Shown in pieces: positions 1-13,387 of a stretch of DNA of 64,000 nt. The notes below the pieces were generated by a model that saw nothing but the letters and a program-made list of their open reading frames with translations, did not search any database and was not told the DNA's origin. Every line of letters begins with the position of its first letter. Position 1 is the first letter of the stretch. The position numbers were made by a program, and so were the translations under genes. Source of the stretch: Flaccisagitta enflata (Eukaryota). Where the stretch lies: contig OZ231126.1 of the NCBI GenBank assembly GCA_965153355.1, forward strand, positions 29,512,001 to 29,576,000. Reading direction: 5' to 3'.

Positions 1-268
1 TCCGTGGCTCAAATATACCCTCAAAATCTCTAATCAGCTCTCCAAGCCTTAGTTCTGCCCTCCAGCCTTCAAATATGCCTTCAGTGCCCTAAATCAGTCA
101 TCTAAGGCCTGAATTATGCCCCCTCAGGACGTCTGCAAATTCCCCCTGTGTTCTTCAGGACATTGGTCCTTTGGGGCCACTGCCCTGCTCTCACTCCGCT
201 TCTTCACTGGATCACTCCTAGCAGGGCATCGGGTACGGCTGACCATGTGTGATCCTTGGATGACTAGT
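1..268 (+). mobile_element. 3' part of a HINE-like dispersed element (family B)
   Basis: Degenerate ~20-bp 'gcctcaaatcag' units followed by the core aaattccccctgtgtt..caggacat..ctttggggcc..gggcatcgggtac..tgaccatgtg.gatccttggatgact. Related sequence recurs at 18225-18345, 26691-27232 (inverted), 37680-37822 and, more diverged, 48262-48560. Confidence 0.7.
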
Positions 269-392
269 TTACCACCATGCTGCCACTCCTCACCATCATG
301 CCCGCCCTCCCTCATCCCCTGCCACTTTCCTTTTCACTCCTTGTCACTTTACGCCTTGCCACTGCCCCTCCCACCAAACTATCACCCTACAG

Positions 393-1130
393 AATCAAGA
401 GTTTGCGAAGGCGCGTCGGAAGTACCAAAAGATCGTTCGGTACATCGATGCCGCATATTGTAACGTCGTCCAGTCTGATGCAGTTACATCCGGGAGTGCA
501 GGATCAGGAGGAGGAGCCGCTAGCGGAGGAAGAGGAGGAGGAGGAGAGCGAAGTAGATTCGACGAGGATGACGAGGAACCTCCACGTCCAAGGCTGGAAG
601 ACGTCGCCGACGACGAAGCCAAGAAATGCGTCGTGGCGGCCTACAGCAACGCCAGCATGTGCTCGTTGAAGCTCCAACGGCCCGCCGACGCCATCGTTGA
701 GTGCGACTGCATCTTGACTAGATTCGATTCTTTCAACGTAAAGGCGATCTTCCGCAAAGGCACAGCGCTGCAGCAAATCGCCGCGGCGATGACAACGGCA
801 GCATCAACAACAGCGTCAGCAACAACAACAACAACAGCACCAGCAAAAACAACAACAACCGCAGCAGCAGCAACAAGTACAACAGCAACAGATGGTGAAG
901 ATACTTCCTTGAAGCAACTGGAAAAGTACGGAGAAGCGCGGGAGGAATTCCGCAAAGGACTCAAAGCGGAAAACTTGGCGGAAGCGGACGCGAAAAAGTT
1001 CAAAGCGGAAGTCGCGAAAATCAACAAAATCGTGGAAAAACTGGAACAAAAAAGATACGAAGAAAGTCATCGAGGAGTCAGCCAAGAATCGACCGGAGTC
1101 GCCTTCCTCAAGAAAGGAGCCTTGTTTTGA
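393..1130 (+). CDS. Terminal exon of a TPR-domain immunophilin-like protein (Cyp40/PPID- or FKBP52-type C-terminal TPRs)
   Basis: Acceptor ctacag|393; frame open 393-1130: NQEFAKARRKYQKIVRYIDAAY...AYSNASMCSLKLQRPADAIVECDCILTRFDSFNVKAIFRKGTAL...YGEAREEFRKGL...AEVAKINKIVEKLEQK. This follows the TPR1-3 plus C-terminal helix pattern of Hsp90-binding immunophilins. Upstream exons lie outside the window. Confidence 0.75.
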   Translation, partial: NQEFAKARRKYQKIVRYIDAAYCNVVQSDAVTSGSAGSGGGAASGGRGGGGERSRFDEDDEEPPRPRLEDVADDEAKKCVVAAYSNASMCSLKLQRPADAIVECDCILTRFDSFNVKAIFRKGTALQQIAAAMTTAASTTASATTTTTAPAKTTTTAAAATSTTATDGEDTSLKQLEKYGEAREEFRKGLKAENLAEADAKKFKAEVAKINKIVEKLEQKRYEESHRGVSQESTGVAFLKKGALF

Positions 1131-1159
1131 GAGAGAGAGATTAGAGATGATAGATGATA

Positions 1160-1222
<63 letters not shown>

Positions 1223-2475
1223 TAAAGACCAAAGATGTATATGTAGGGCGAGGACAATATTTTCACCCAGTTTAGGTTTATGAAATGTGTATTTTTACAC
1301 ACTGTATTTCTTCAATTTACAATTCATGTTGTTGTTTGAACTCGAGTAAAGCTTTTCATTTATATCAATCATCATCATTTCTCGATGTCAATTGATGCAA
1401 GTCAGTCTTTTAAAAAACCTTGTTTAGAAAGCTCTTTCTACAGTTCGATTCATTGATCGTTAAACTCCGCAAAAACAGTCGTCAAGGGACAAGCATAGTT
1501 AATTGGTCACAGGCAGATTGGTCAAGGGACAAGCATAGTTAATTGGTTACAGGCAGATTGCCGTGATTGCCAATTTAATTTACATCCGCGATAATGTGTC
1601 TAGGCAGCAATACATCTTATCTGATGTAGGTTACGGATAGTCAACCGCTGTCATTTTTTGGTTTGGCTACTCAAGTGGCTTCCAACTTTTAATACATGAT
1701 GTACTGAGCCTAAAATTTAAATTTCATCAGCATAGCTTGACAAAACCAATCGCCGATTTCCCTTTATTTATCACCATTCCAAGGTGGTTGTGGTGAAAAT
1801 GTTGAAATTTGGTCACTTTGGGCTCAAAATCGGGCCACTTCGCTTTTGAAATTTGACCCAAAATCCATGAGATTATGAAACTAGAGCTCAAGAGCCAACC
1901 AGTGGTGCAATCCGCATGTTGCTATCATTTTTTGTTCAGATTTGAGAGCGTTTCAAAGATGGAAGGGTATGAGGGTTATTTTAACAGATGAATTATTTGG
2001 TCAATTTTGACATTTTTTACAATTTTTGATATATCTCCGCTTTGGATGGACCAATTTGGACGAAATTGGTGACCAAATTGAAGATTTTTTGATGCTCTAA
2101 ATGAATCTGGTAAAATTTTTGATCAATATGACCCTCAAAATTTTTGGAAGACTCTAGAAGTAGGTGCTAAAATGTAAATTTTTTCGCCATTTTGGCCACT
2201 TTGGTCACACAATTTGGGCACTTCCGAGATAGAAAAAGACAAAAAATCCATGAGCAAACTAAACTACTGCTCAAGATCTAGTGGTGCAATCAGCATGTCA
2301 ATATACCAATAAAGGCGGCTAGTCGCCGACCGGAAAAAAGTCGTAAATGGGAGTGTTTTTTTTCAGTGCATGAACCTCTGTGAGTGCATTTCATGCTGTC
2401 TGGTGGACTGCCTGTGTGTTTTTGTTATTCAATTTACAGCTGTCTATTCTTTCTCTCAGTCTTCCTCTGTCTTTG

Positions 2476-2545
<70 letters not shown>

Positions 2546-2611
2546 TGTGAGTGTTTGTGTGTCTCTCTCTCACACTCTCTCTCTCACACTCTCTCTCTCA
2601 CACTCTCTCTC

Positions 2612-2718
<107 letters not shown>

Positions 2719-3844
2719 GAGTAAAATGCGCAAGCTAGCGTCATAAAACTTGGAGTCAATTTGCGTAACATCTTGACTCTTTTCTTATGTTACATAGGTC
2801 CAAAAAATTGGGATCAATGAAAAATATCGATTTTCGGGAAAATGCGAAAAATAAAAAAAAGATTCAAAAATTCATAACTCCTAAACTAATGATCGTGGAG
2901 ACTTCTGGTTGGCCTCCAACTCCCAGCTTCACCCCACCCCCACCCCACCCCTAAGCCCCCTCCTTGACACAAACATACACCAACAACTGCAGCATCATCG
3001 TTTTCAACTTGAGTGTGATGGACTAATGGACCATCGGATGGATGGATGGACGGACAAAGCTTCTCGTAGAGTTGTGTGTCCGAAACTAAACAAGGCCGGA
3101 TACTCTGCCAATACCAGTTGCGGACGGGTGGGCAGGGGCGGAAATGCGCGTTTTCACACTTTCCAACTCGATCACCACGGACCAACGGACCGACGGACGA
3201 ACAAAGCCTTTTATAGAGTTGCGTGTCCGCATCTAAAAGGGGCCAAAATTTCTTAACCCTCAGCGGATTTCCGTTACTCATGGGTCCCCTTATAGCGGGG
3301 TGTAACTGTGTTAGAAATATACAGAAATGACTCAAATAAACCAAGATTATCTATATGTAATGGGTGGATTTCGGTTGCTCTTGGGGTTTGTTAGTAACTG
3401 ACTGTAACGGTGGAGGAAAAGGCCTATTCGTGTTGTTCTTACTTTTTTGGGGAGGGGTGGGGGCTAAATAAAAATTTAATTTTAATTTGATTTGACGCAT
3501 TTATTGATTCAATGATCTGATGTACTAGACCAGAATATATACATGTATACATAGTGCAATAATAAGTAGCTTGTATTTCAATCATTAATGAAACAAATAA
3601 CTTTTCATCGCTTGTCTTTTTGTTTTTTTTTTCGGATCTTTTTTGTCCGGCATGATGCCTTTCGTTTGACGAATGAATAAACAAAAGGACAAAAGAAAAA
3701 TGATAAAATCATGTTTAAAGATATATAAAAGATATATACAAGATTCTGTTAGTAACAACTTTTAACACGTGTATTTTTATCGGCCAATAGGAGGCTTTGA
3801 TTCTTTCTCTCTAAGATAAAACGCAGTAAGAACCGGCAAAGACA

Positions 3845-4485
3845 TCATTGTAACTTGCACTCAGTCATTGGGAAATCATAATCATATGATCCTAATCTGA
3901 ATGTGGTGACGGTGCAGACTTTAACACTCCCGTCGGTGTTGCAAAAGGAATATTCGTAGTATTCTTTGGTAGAACCGGGCATCTTTTGTTTCCCGTCACT
4001 TGGTTCAACGATTTTGCCATAAATCCAGCAATTTGGACCATTTGGACAAGTAGGACAACATTCTCCTTGAGTGATTAAATGGTGGAACGATTGAAGATCA
4101 TGTTCGGCAGTCATCAGTGAATACCACAGTATTACAGGGCGTTTCACATCAGATTTCATGAAAGAAAATGTTGCCATTTGATATTGAAATTGGAAAAACA
4201 TGCACAAAAAAGGTTCCAATTTTTTTCAAATTCAACTTTACGTGACTTAAAATTTTGATCTTCATGTCACATAAAGGTGATTTAAGTTAAATCTATTTGT
4301 GTCATTTATTTCATTCAGCTTATTTAGACAGGAGGGTAATAACTTTTGTCTTGATACTAGTGAATGAACTTATCACCAGTTTTACTAAAATTCTACCTGG
4401 TTTTGTAATACTGTCGATGCAAGGTAAGTTAGCATCACAAATTTGTCTCTCTTCCGTGCATTTGTTGTAGTCATAATTGCCGGGC
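3845..4485 (-). CDS. Last two exons (4485-4397, 4065-3845) of a VWC2/brorin-like von Willebrand C domain protein
   Basis: A phase-1 GT-AG intron (4396-4066) joins ...CDANLPCIDSITKPG|ECCPTCPNGPNCW...; CCPxCxNGPNC is the VWC2-type signature. Upstream exons not identified. Confidence 0.7.
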
Positions 4486-4716
4486 CTGAATGGAATGTTT
4501 AGAAATGCGTAAATAACTAGGCGGAGTATGACACCCCCCTCACTCAAACAAGGCCGGATACACGACTCATAAGTAGGCGCTTGCGGGTGGGCAGGGGCAG
4601 TAATGCGAGTGGGCAGAGGCAAAAACATGGGTGGGCGGGGGCTGTATTTTGGGTGGGCATGGGCTTTAATGACCAGAAATCACACTTTCTGACACAGCCT
4701 CTTATAGAGTCGCTTA

Positions 4717-5316
4717 ACAGTAGCACAAAAAAAAACGGAACAAAATGTTTGTCAGTGTTTCATAATCATCCAATGAGAAAAACATAGCAAAATCCATGAC
4801 CGTTTTGAAGCTCTGCGAAAGATCTTTCAAACGCGACCTTGCTGGTTGTCCTAGCTTTATTTGTTTGGAAATGGCGTAAACATAAAGAGCAGGTGGTCAC
4901 AGTTGTAAAAGGTGAAGTTGAAGAAGCTGTATCTTTTTGTTAATCCATGGTAAAAAGACTAAAAAAAAATGATAAATTGAACTTTTTCTCAGAAGGATTT
5001 TAAAGATTTTTGAATTTTCTTTCATTCTAGACCAATCCCAAGTCTGTATCTCAAACGGTTTAAAAGTTAGCTTGTTAAAGTTAACTATGTCTTTATACAA
5101 AACCTTTTTATTCAAACAAGCACAAAATTGAATGGGGCAATGTTTTTACTCATTCCAATGCCATTTCTTAACGAATAACGCTAGAATGACCAGCAACGTG
5201 GCGTTTGAAAGATCTTTCGCAGAGCTTTCAAACGGTCATGAATTTTCTATGGTTTAATCTCTCAGTTCAGCAAAAATAAGCAAAACAAGTTGTTCCGTTT
5301 TTTCTTGTGCTATTGT
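4717..5316. mobile_element. 600-bp MITE, TA target duplication, inserted in a HINE terminal palindrome
   Basis: TIR ACAGTAGCACAA / TTGTGCTATTGT, long internal inverted repeats, TA on both sides. Removing it restores gtcgcttagcaagcgac (cf. intact gtcgcttgacaagcgac at 8401). Confidence 0.8.
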
Positions 5317-5616
5317 TAGCAAGCGACAAAAAGATGATTTGAATTCATCTGGATGTATGAATGAATGAAATCGGGTGTGGAGGGAGTTCTAGGAAAAAGT
5401 AAAGAAAGCTCCTTTAGTATTTCTGGAAACATTCTTCATTCTTCATTAATCACGTTCAATGAATTTCTCGTCCTGCTTTATTATCTTTCCTCATTTCCAT
5501 TTTCTGTGCAATACATCTACCTATACACTGACAATTCAAAACAGTTACAGTTACAGTGCTGCATGGACTGATCCGAGAACGAGTTTCACTAATTTTCTTC
5601 CACCGCATAGACCGGT

Positions 5617-5728
<112 letters not shown>

Positions 5729-5814
5729 CTTTGTCTCAACAGCTGTATAACCGGATTTACTGGAAGGATATCTTTCAACAAAATCATATCAACGGTGAGC
5801 ACCCTGTCTATATT

Positions 5815-6216
5815 ATGCAATCTCTGCATGAAAAAATCCACGCCATGGAAGTATTAGATTGCCTAATCTGTTTAGAAAACGCTAAAAACTCTCGCATGTG
5901 TCCAACTTGCAGTAAAATATTCTGCGCCCAATGCCTGCTGAGATGCAACGGCAGCAGCGGTGGATATGGAACCATCCCGTGTCCTCACTGCCGGGACCAA
6001 AGACCAGTCTCCAACTACGTCAACCTCAGCAATTTGACGGACGTTTTGCGTCAAGACCGAGATGAGGAGAGAAAGTATTGGGAAGTCGCTTTGGCGAAGA
6101 AAGAGGACCAGTTGAAGACAGCGCAAGAAGCTTGGCAGCGGGATGTGGAGCAGAAGGAAGAGCAAATTGCCGCGTCGATGGGGCAATTGGGGGACAGCGT
6201 CGAAAGGTTTGAAAGG
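5815..6216 (+). CDS. Exon 1 of a RING-finger (C4C4, TRIM37-like) coiled-coil protein
   Basis: [26 protein letters not shown]...PCPHCR followed by a heptad-rich segment. ATG at 5815 or Kozak-like GCCATGG at 5845; donor AGG|gtaaga at 6217 (phase 0). Confidence 0.8.
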
Positions 6217-6435
6217 GTAAGATGAAACTTATAGGTCGATTGTTTATTAGAGCATACTCTCAATGCTGCGGCGTGGCAGGATGGACATTACTCATTAGAT
6301 GTTCAATCCTCATTTGCAGTTTTAAGATAACTGTTCCATTATAAAGGCGAAAATTTGGAACTAGAGTTTGGGGTTTCATCAAGGATGAAGGCATCACGTT
6401 TTGCAGACAGATAATTTTTGAAATCTGCAAATGCG

Positions 6436-6562
6436 TTTTTAGGTGCGACAAAGCACCTCTATAACTGGCTGTGTCCGTTGGTTGGTCTGTTGGTCTGTTG
6501 GTCTGTAACGCATTTGTTCGACGATCCACACGTCGCACCTATTGGCCTACTTGGCCTTGTTT
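6436..6562 (+). mobile_element. Minimal Helentron-associated element (HINE/DINE-1-like); near-identical copy at 17040-17168
   Basis: T-run, subTIR aggtgcgac, short IR gcacct, GGTY-type microsatellite, subTIR gtcgcacct, 3' hairpin ggcctacttggcc, then ttgttt; no TSD. Confidence 0.75.
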
Positions 6563-6758
6563 ATTTGCAGAAGGGTTTTCCAAATATCTGCTATTAGGTT
6601 TTTTTAAAAGTTTTATAAGGAAAACCCTAAGTTTTTTTTTTTCTTTCACTCTCTTTTTGTTTCTTTCGCACTTTTTATTTCTGTCTTTCTCTTTGTTTTT
6701 TTTCTCATTGTCTCTTTCTTTTTCTCTTTATTTTTATTTGTTTCCCTCTCTCTCTCTT

Positions 6759-6893
<135 letters not shown>

Positions 6894-7167
6894 TTCTCTC
6901 TCTTTCTAATGCCTTAGCCGGCCATTCTCGCATCAAAATTTTGTTAATACTCACTTTGACTATCATCTATTTTCTCCCTTTCCCTTTCCCCTTTTCATTT
7001 TTTTTTCATTCACCCTCTTATGAAAATTTATGATTTTTTCCAATTTTAAATATGAAATTTACTAAAATATTCTTTTTTTTATAATTTTCAAAAAAAACTC
7101 TTTCTCAAAACTCATTTTGATGTTAAAAACGTATTTAAGTTTCAATAGCTAGATCTGCAATTAGGTA

Positions 7168-7769
7168 CAGTGGGGTTCGTGGAATAACAGCCTAAACTGG
7201 AGGAAGGTATTTAAGTGTCTTAATTTCATTTGACAAACTTGATATTTGAAATATAAGTTGTTCACTTAATGCTTTTGTCCCTGAGTTTTTTGGTTGCTAT
7301 GGAAACCAAAATCATTTTTTCAAACATTTATAACGACTAAAATATCAATATTTTGAGAAATATTGTCAGGGAACATTGCTCAAAATTAAATTTGCTACAA
7401 CTTTCCCACAGTATGTCCTGTAAGAATATTGCTCATTTAGCCGTTGCTAGGGAGCATCATTTAGCGGTTGCTAGGTGTGATTCCTCCTAGCAACGGCCAA
7501 ACAAGCAATATTCTTACAGAACATACTGTGGGAAAGTTGTAGCAAATTTAATTTTGAGCAATGTTCCCTGAAAATATTTCTCAAAATATTGATATTTTAG
7601 TGGTTATAAATGTTTGAAAAAATAATTTTGGTTTTCATAGCAACCAAAAAACTCAGGGACAAAAACATCGAGTGAACAGCTTATATTTCAAATATCAAGT
7701 TTGTCAAATGAAATTAAAACACTTAAATACCTTCCTCCAGTTTAGGCTGTTATTCCACGAACCCCACTG
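7168..7769. mobile_element. 602-bp fold-back MITE (Tc1/mariner-like ends), copy 1
   Basis: TA|CAGTGGGGTTCGTGG...CCACGAACCCCACTG|TA; almost the whole element is an inverted repeat. Confidence 0.9.
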
Positions 7770-8601
7770 TACCGGAAGCAGATGCAGAAAGGTAAACTCT
7801 ATTTGGGACTTTAGCCGATTTGAGATGAAGCAAAGACTTGAAATACAATCTTCTACGTGGTTAAAAGAAAAAGGAAAAAAATTCAAATTCAAAAGTCATC
7901 AATATCGTTTTGCATGGTAGTAAGTCATAAGCTAAGAAGGTTTATTTGGATGATTTAAGAATTGAAAGATGCTTCGGAGGGCAGCGATAACTTGCGTTGC
8001 TTCTGCGTCGGATTCCTCAGGAATCCGCTTCTGTTTCCAGCGATGAGCGGGGATACCGACTGTAAATACATGCGGTACTGGACTGACTAGATTCTAATTA
8101 CGCGGGGCCATGATTTCATGCTTTTATGCGAATGCTGTATCTTTCTGGATCTGTTGGGAAACAACAGAAATAACAGCCCCACTAGGTGTCCGCCAATATG
8201 TGAAAGTTGGACAAAAGTACTATCAAACTAACAAGGCCAGTTGCCTGCGAGTGGGCAGGGGCAGAAATTCAGGTGGGCAGGGGGTTCACTGTGGGTGGGT
8301 AGAAGCTCATAAATCCCTATCTCAGCCGATTTCGCGTCAAATAAAATTTCGCGTTAAGGGCCAACGTTCCGACCTTCCGACGGGCACACCTTATTAAAGA
8401 GTCGCTTGACAAGCGACAAAAAAATGAGACGTAGAGTAATCAAGAGCATGATTTAGAAAATGAGAACATTTTCAGAGCTTGATTTCAAAATTTGTCCCAT
8501 ATAGAGTTAGCGGGGCATGACATTCTGGGACGTTACTATAGGACCAAATAGTATGCCATTAAGATGCAATATCCAATGCACCCATTTTCATTCCTTTCCA
8601 G

Positions 8602-9333
8602 GGAATGGTGGCTTTGCGGAGAAAGGACAAAGAATTGGAGACCGCCACCGAATCACTACGAAAACAGAAGCTGATGTTCGCCATATTTTCGCTCGCGACT
8701 TTGTCCATTGCTGCTTATTTCCTTTTCGATCAACCATCAATTCCCGACACAAACAAGAAATTCAATTCAGACGTCGTCACCAAAGCCAATCGCGAGACGC
8801 AGAAAATTCTCGACCTGAAGAAACTTCACGACCAACGAAAACTTGAGCTGAGAATCGAAGGCGAAAAATGGATTTCCAAGACAACGGACAAAATGCGCGC
8901 AACTTTGGAAACTGTCATCAGCGCAAAATCGTCTGAAACTGAGCTGGCTTTTGCTCAGCTGAGAATGTTTCAATCTCAGTTGAACGACAGCGAAATCAAA
9001 ACGCGGGAAAAAATAGCTCTGGCTGCCGAAGTTGACCGAACTATCAAATCTATCAAGAAGATTCCATCGATAAGAAACTTAATGAATGGATTGCCTAGTC
9101 TCTCTGTTGACGTAAACAAAACATTAAGTCCGTGGATCGCAGGCAATATCTTTAAAAGTTCATGTGTGCCGATACCTTCAGGGGTACCTCTTGCCAAACA
9201 GCCCACGGATGATACAACAATGTCAATGATTAAATTTAGGGTCACTTGGCTTATCCGCGCCATCGTCCTTATGCTGTTTTTTAGATTTAGACATGGGTAT
9301 CCTGCGCTACCAACTTTTGGAGCTTCAACATAA
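8602..9333 (+). CDS. Exon 2 of the RING gene: coiled coil plus predicted transmembrane segment(s)
   Basis: Acceptor cctttccag|GGA ATG in phase 0 continues the coiled coil. Hydrophobic LMFAIFSLATLSIAAYFLF and VTWLIRAIVLMLFF; spliced product ~377 aa. Confidence 0.7.
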   Translation, partial: GMVALRRKDKELETATESLRKQKLMFAIFSLATLSIAAYFLFDQPSIPDTNKKFNSDVVTKANRETQKILDLKKLHDQRKLELRIEGEKWISKTTDKMRATLETVISAKSSETELAFAQLRMFQSQLNDSEIKTREKIALAAEVDRTIKSIKKIPSIRNLMNGLPSLSVDVNKTLSPWIAGNIFKSSCVPIPSGVPLAKQPTDDTTMSMIKFRVTWLIRAIVLMLFFRFRHGYPALPTFGAST

Positions 9334-11199
9334 AATGAATGCCCTTTCATTAAGCAATCTATTTTTTCTTTTGTTTTTGTTTTTTTTTTTTTTGGGGGGG
9401 GCACTGTAAAGGCGAATACCATATTTTCTTTTTAATGGTGAAAAATATTGATGTAACCTTAAAATTGGTTTGGTTTGGTTAGCATAATCTTGCTCGCTTG
9501 TTATGAGGTACTCATGAAAATTTGAATTGAGGCCCATGAAAGTTTTTCATGAAAAAGAAACAAAACAATGTCTATGCAAAAGTTCCTGGTTACCAGCTTT
9601 GATAATCGCTCATTGCAAAAGAACACTTACTCTGTCAATCCTTCTGTCTTGCAGGAGCAGGTGACACATGGGTCATTTGTAAGACTTTGGTCACAGTTGG
9701 CCAATGCACCTGTCCATTCGCGGCGACGATACGAACATGACAAGCCTTAGGCAATTTCATAATGGAGTAGAGCACTAAAGGCTCCTACCACGCTAATGCA
9801 AAAGGAGCACTCTAGAATAGCTGATCAGGCAAATAGTCGGGAAAAAAGACGCAGTCAGTCTTCGACTTTTTGACATATTATAGAGAAACATGGTTTTTAT
9901 TTTTTTATGCGGAAGTTGAGCATCTCGATTGACCGATTGCACCATTGGACAAAGTTGATTGGGTAAGTAAATTTTATAATTTTCTTTCATTTGGCGCCAA
10001 GCAGAATGCTCTACGACAATTATTTTTTGCGCTATGATTTTTTGAAGATTTATTCATGAAAATTTCAAATTGAATTTTTTTTATTTATTATGATTTTAAG
10101 TAGGATTAATAAAGGAGTGTAATTATGTTTGTTTAAGCATGCAAATACAAGAGAACATGTTTATGAGCATAGCTGCTCATCTGTGAGGGTGTTTTTAGGT
10201 ATTCTAGGTCATTTAGCTCATTTAGCTCATTTAGCTCAATCTTTTTTTCTAATTTTAGATAAGATAGATTGATAAATATTTCAATTTGGGTATGCAAATA
10301 CAAGAAAGGATGGTAGCGAGCATAGCTGGTTATCTAGTTGAATGATTTTTGGTATTTTAGCTCATCTAGATCATTTGGCTCAGTTCTATTTTTCTCTGAT
10401 TTTCAGTTGAATCAATATATACAATTGCTCTTGATTTGGTCAAACAAGTAAATGAATTTGCGGTGACTGAAGACAAAAGCTTAGTGAAAAATGACAAATT
10501 CTTACGACTTTTTTCCTCACGGTGACAGCCGCCATTACTGGTAAATAGAAAATAGCAAATAGAAGGTACCAATTGAAGAAACAATTACTAAAATGATAAT
10601 TAAATACCTGACCAAAATGTGTACGTCCCTTTGACTTGATTTATACCTCAAGCTAGAACAGCCAATCTTAGGACGTCAGTCTATCAAATAGGACATAACT
10701 ATAATTCACCGTTCACTACTTACCGTTCCCCAAACACAAAGCATTTTGAATCAGGCATAAATACACCAAGAACATCAACCAACGCAGAGAGTCCTTCATC
10801 TTGAAGATGCCGGTCAGAATGATTTGTTGGTTGTTTGCGGTCTATTTTGTTCCAGTATCGAGGATTCGTTCTAGTTTGTCACTTAACAGTGGGACTCATC
10901 ATTTTATAGACGAGTAAAAACTCGAAAACCAGGGTACAGTTGATAACCCGCTGCAACGGATTTGGAGAAGGGGGGGGGCCTTAATTCTTATTATCATCAA
11001 TTGTAGAACTAACCAAAATAAAGATGAAATAAGGGCAGCGTTCAGGGCTCTACAAAATACGCGAACAAAGCTCCATAAATGTGCTTACAAAGATTTTTCT
11101 AGTCAGTTGTATCTTCCTGCAAAAATGTGCATGATCTTCGCATAAACTCATTCTCTAAGTTGAAAAAAGGTCAGGTTCCTGGAAACTGGAAACTTTTGG

Positions 11200-11440
11200 G
11201 TTTTAAAGCTGGATTTGAAACTGGTAGATTTCTAGGCTCGATTAAAACTGGTGGGTTTCAAGGCTTGAATTGACACTCGGAGGTTTCAAGGTTGGAATTG
11301 AAACTGGTGGATTTCAAGGCTGGAATTGAAACTGGTGGGTTTCTAGGCGCAAAGTAAAACTCATGAGTTTCGCTGGAATTGAAACTGGTGGGTTTCAAGA
11401 GTGGAATTGAAACTGGTGGGTTTCATGGCTGAAATTGAAT
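11200..11440. repeat. 28-bp minisatellite (ggaattgaaactggtgggtttcaaggct)
   Basis: About 8 degenerate head-to-tail units; 28-bp spacing at 11294/11322 and 11375/11403. Confidence 0.8.
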
Positions 11441-11468
11441 GTCCGCACGCACGCAACTTACAGGTGTT

Positions 11469-12069
11469 CAGACCTGTACATCTTGTAGTAGCGAGTAGCG
11501 GCGCTACTCGGAAGGGCTGAATGATACTCGGAAGGTTTTGAAGGAAGGGAATCAGGAAGGAAGGAAGGAAGGAAGGAAGAAAGGAAGGAGGGAGAGAAAA
11601 AAGAAAAAAAAGCAAAGGGGAAAAAAGAGAAGGCGAAAAACAAACAAACAAGAAAATGAAAGAGAGAGAGAAAGAGAGAACCATTTTTTGAGAGCGTTGT
11701 TTCAGGAAGAAAAGAGTTTCTTTCTATCAATTGATTTATCAAGTGCTTTCATGTGGTCTGCATATCTCATGTATAGACAGAGATTAGTGACAATTTTCTA
11801 AATGTTGCATAACTTTTGACCAGTCTTTTGATAATTTTTGAAGAGGGATATTTTTTCAGACATTTAAAGGATAGTTGTGATGAGTCCGGATTAAACACCA
11901 GTCAGAGCTCCAAAGGCTCTTGTCCTAATTACAGAAATTGTTGAGTAGTAATGTTTTGTAACATTCTTAGTTAAATATGAAAAGGCAAATGAATGAATAG
12001 CTAGACTAGTCGGAAGATTTTCAGGAAAAATATCTGCTACTCGGAAGGAAAGCAAGATGTACAGGTCTG
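11469..12069. mobile_element. Non-autonomous hAT-type element
   Basis: TIR CAGACCTGTACATCTTG / CAAGATGTACAGGTCTG with a perfect 8-bp TSD caggtgtt (11461-11468, 12070-12077). Confidence 0.85.
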
Positions 12070-12222
12070 CAGGTGTTGACCTTGTTTTCTCTTTGTGTCA
12101 TTCCTTCTTTATTTCTTTCTTACCTTTTCTGTACAGGTCTCTTTTTTTTCTCAAGGATCTGTAATATTTATTGAGAATTCTGTAGTTATTCAGGCGGTGC
12201 ATATCATAATTTCTGTCTCATA

Positions 12223-12825
12223 CAGTGGGGTTCCTGGAATAACAGCCTAAACTGGAGGAAGGTATTTAAGTGTCTTAATTTTATTTGACAAACTTGATAT
12301 TTGAACAATAAGTTGTTCCCTTGATGCTTTTGTCCCCGAGTTTTTTGGTTGCTATGGAAACAAAAATCATTTTTTCGGACCTTTATAACCTTTAAAATAT
12401 CAATATTTTGAACGATATAATCAGGAAACATTGCTCAGAGTTAAATTTGCTACAACTTTCCCACAGTATGTTCTGTAAGAATATTGCTCATTTGACCGTT
12501 GCTATGGGGCATCACACTTAGCAACCGCTAAATGATGCTGCCTAGCAGTGGCTAAACAAACAATATTCTTACTAAACATACTGTGTGAAAATTGTTGTAA
12601 ATTTAATTTTGAACAATGTTCCCTCATTATATTAATCAAAATAATGATATTTTAGCAGTTGTGACTGTTCAAAAAAAACGATTTTGGTTTCCAGGGCAAC
12701 CAAAAAACTCAGGGACACAAGCATCAATTGAACAACTTATATTTCAAATATCAAGTTCGTCGAATGAAATCAAGACACTTGAATACCTTCCTCAAGTTTA
12801 GGCTGTTTTTCCACCAACCCCACTG
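12223..12825. mobile_element. Fold-back MITE, copy 2 (opposite orientation to 7168-7769)
   Basis: Same TA|CAGTGGGG TIRs; the central spacer is the reverse complement of that in copy 1. Confidence 0.9.
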
Positions 12826-13387
12826 TATCAGTAGTAAGGAAAGTCGGCGCGTCCGCCCATAAATTTTGAGCCTCTTCAGCCTTGCCTTCAGAGTTCAGTC
12901 CTGCCTTCATTGGCTCTAACAAAAAACATCCATAAAAGATCAAGATTAGAAGACCTTTTAAATCCGTAAAAGTGGGAATTAACTGTGAGTCTTTGTATAA
13001 TAATTCCCTAATCCCTATTGAATATGCTTTCAAGCGGCACGATCCAAAAGACTCATTGAATATTATCTTTAGATAACTGATCAAAAAAAAAAGAACAGAG
13101 ATTTCCATTGAAGTAGTCAATGTCAGATCAATTTTTTGGCAGATTATTAGCCGCGTCCACGCGACTCTATAACCTGCTATGCCGATGGGTTGGTCGGTTG
13201 GTCCATCCATCCATTGATCGCTGTTAGATAATTCAGTGTTTATAGGTGGTTCTCCTTAATCTCCTATGCAAATGATTGAGTAAATCTTTTTTTACACTTC
13301 CCTCTGCTCACCTGCACGCTACTTGGGTAGCCGTGTATCCATCCTTGTTTTTTTTCGATTGGAGAATTGACACCGCCAGAATTGCTA

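Noticed and set aside
10808-10917. Short signal-peptide-like ORF downstream of a TATA-like cataaata
   Set aside because: Only ~36 codons, with no linkable downstream exon.
11200-11440. Repeat with GTTTCAA...ATTGAAAC ends resembling a CRISPR direct repeat
   Set aside because: Units are head-to-tail with a near-constant 6-nt linker, no unique spacers, no cas genes, and the context is eukaryotic.
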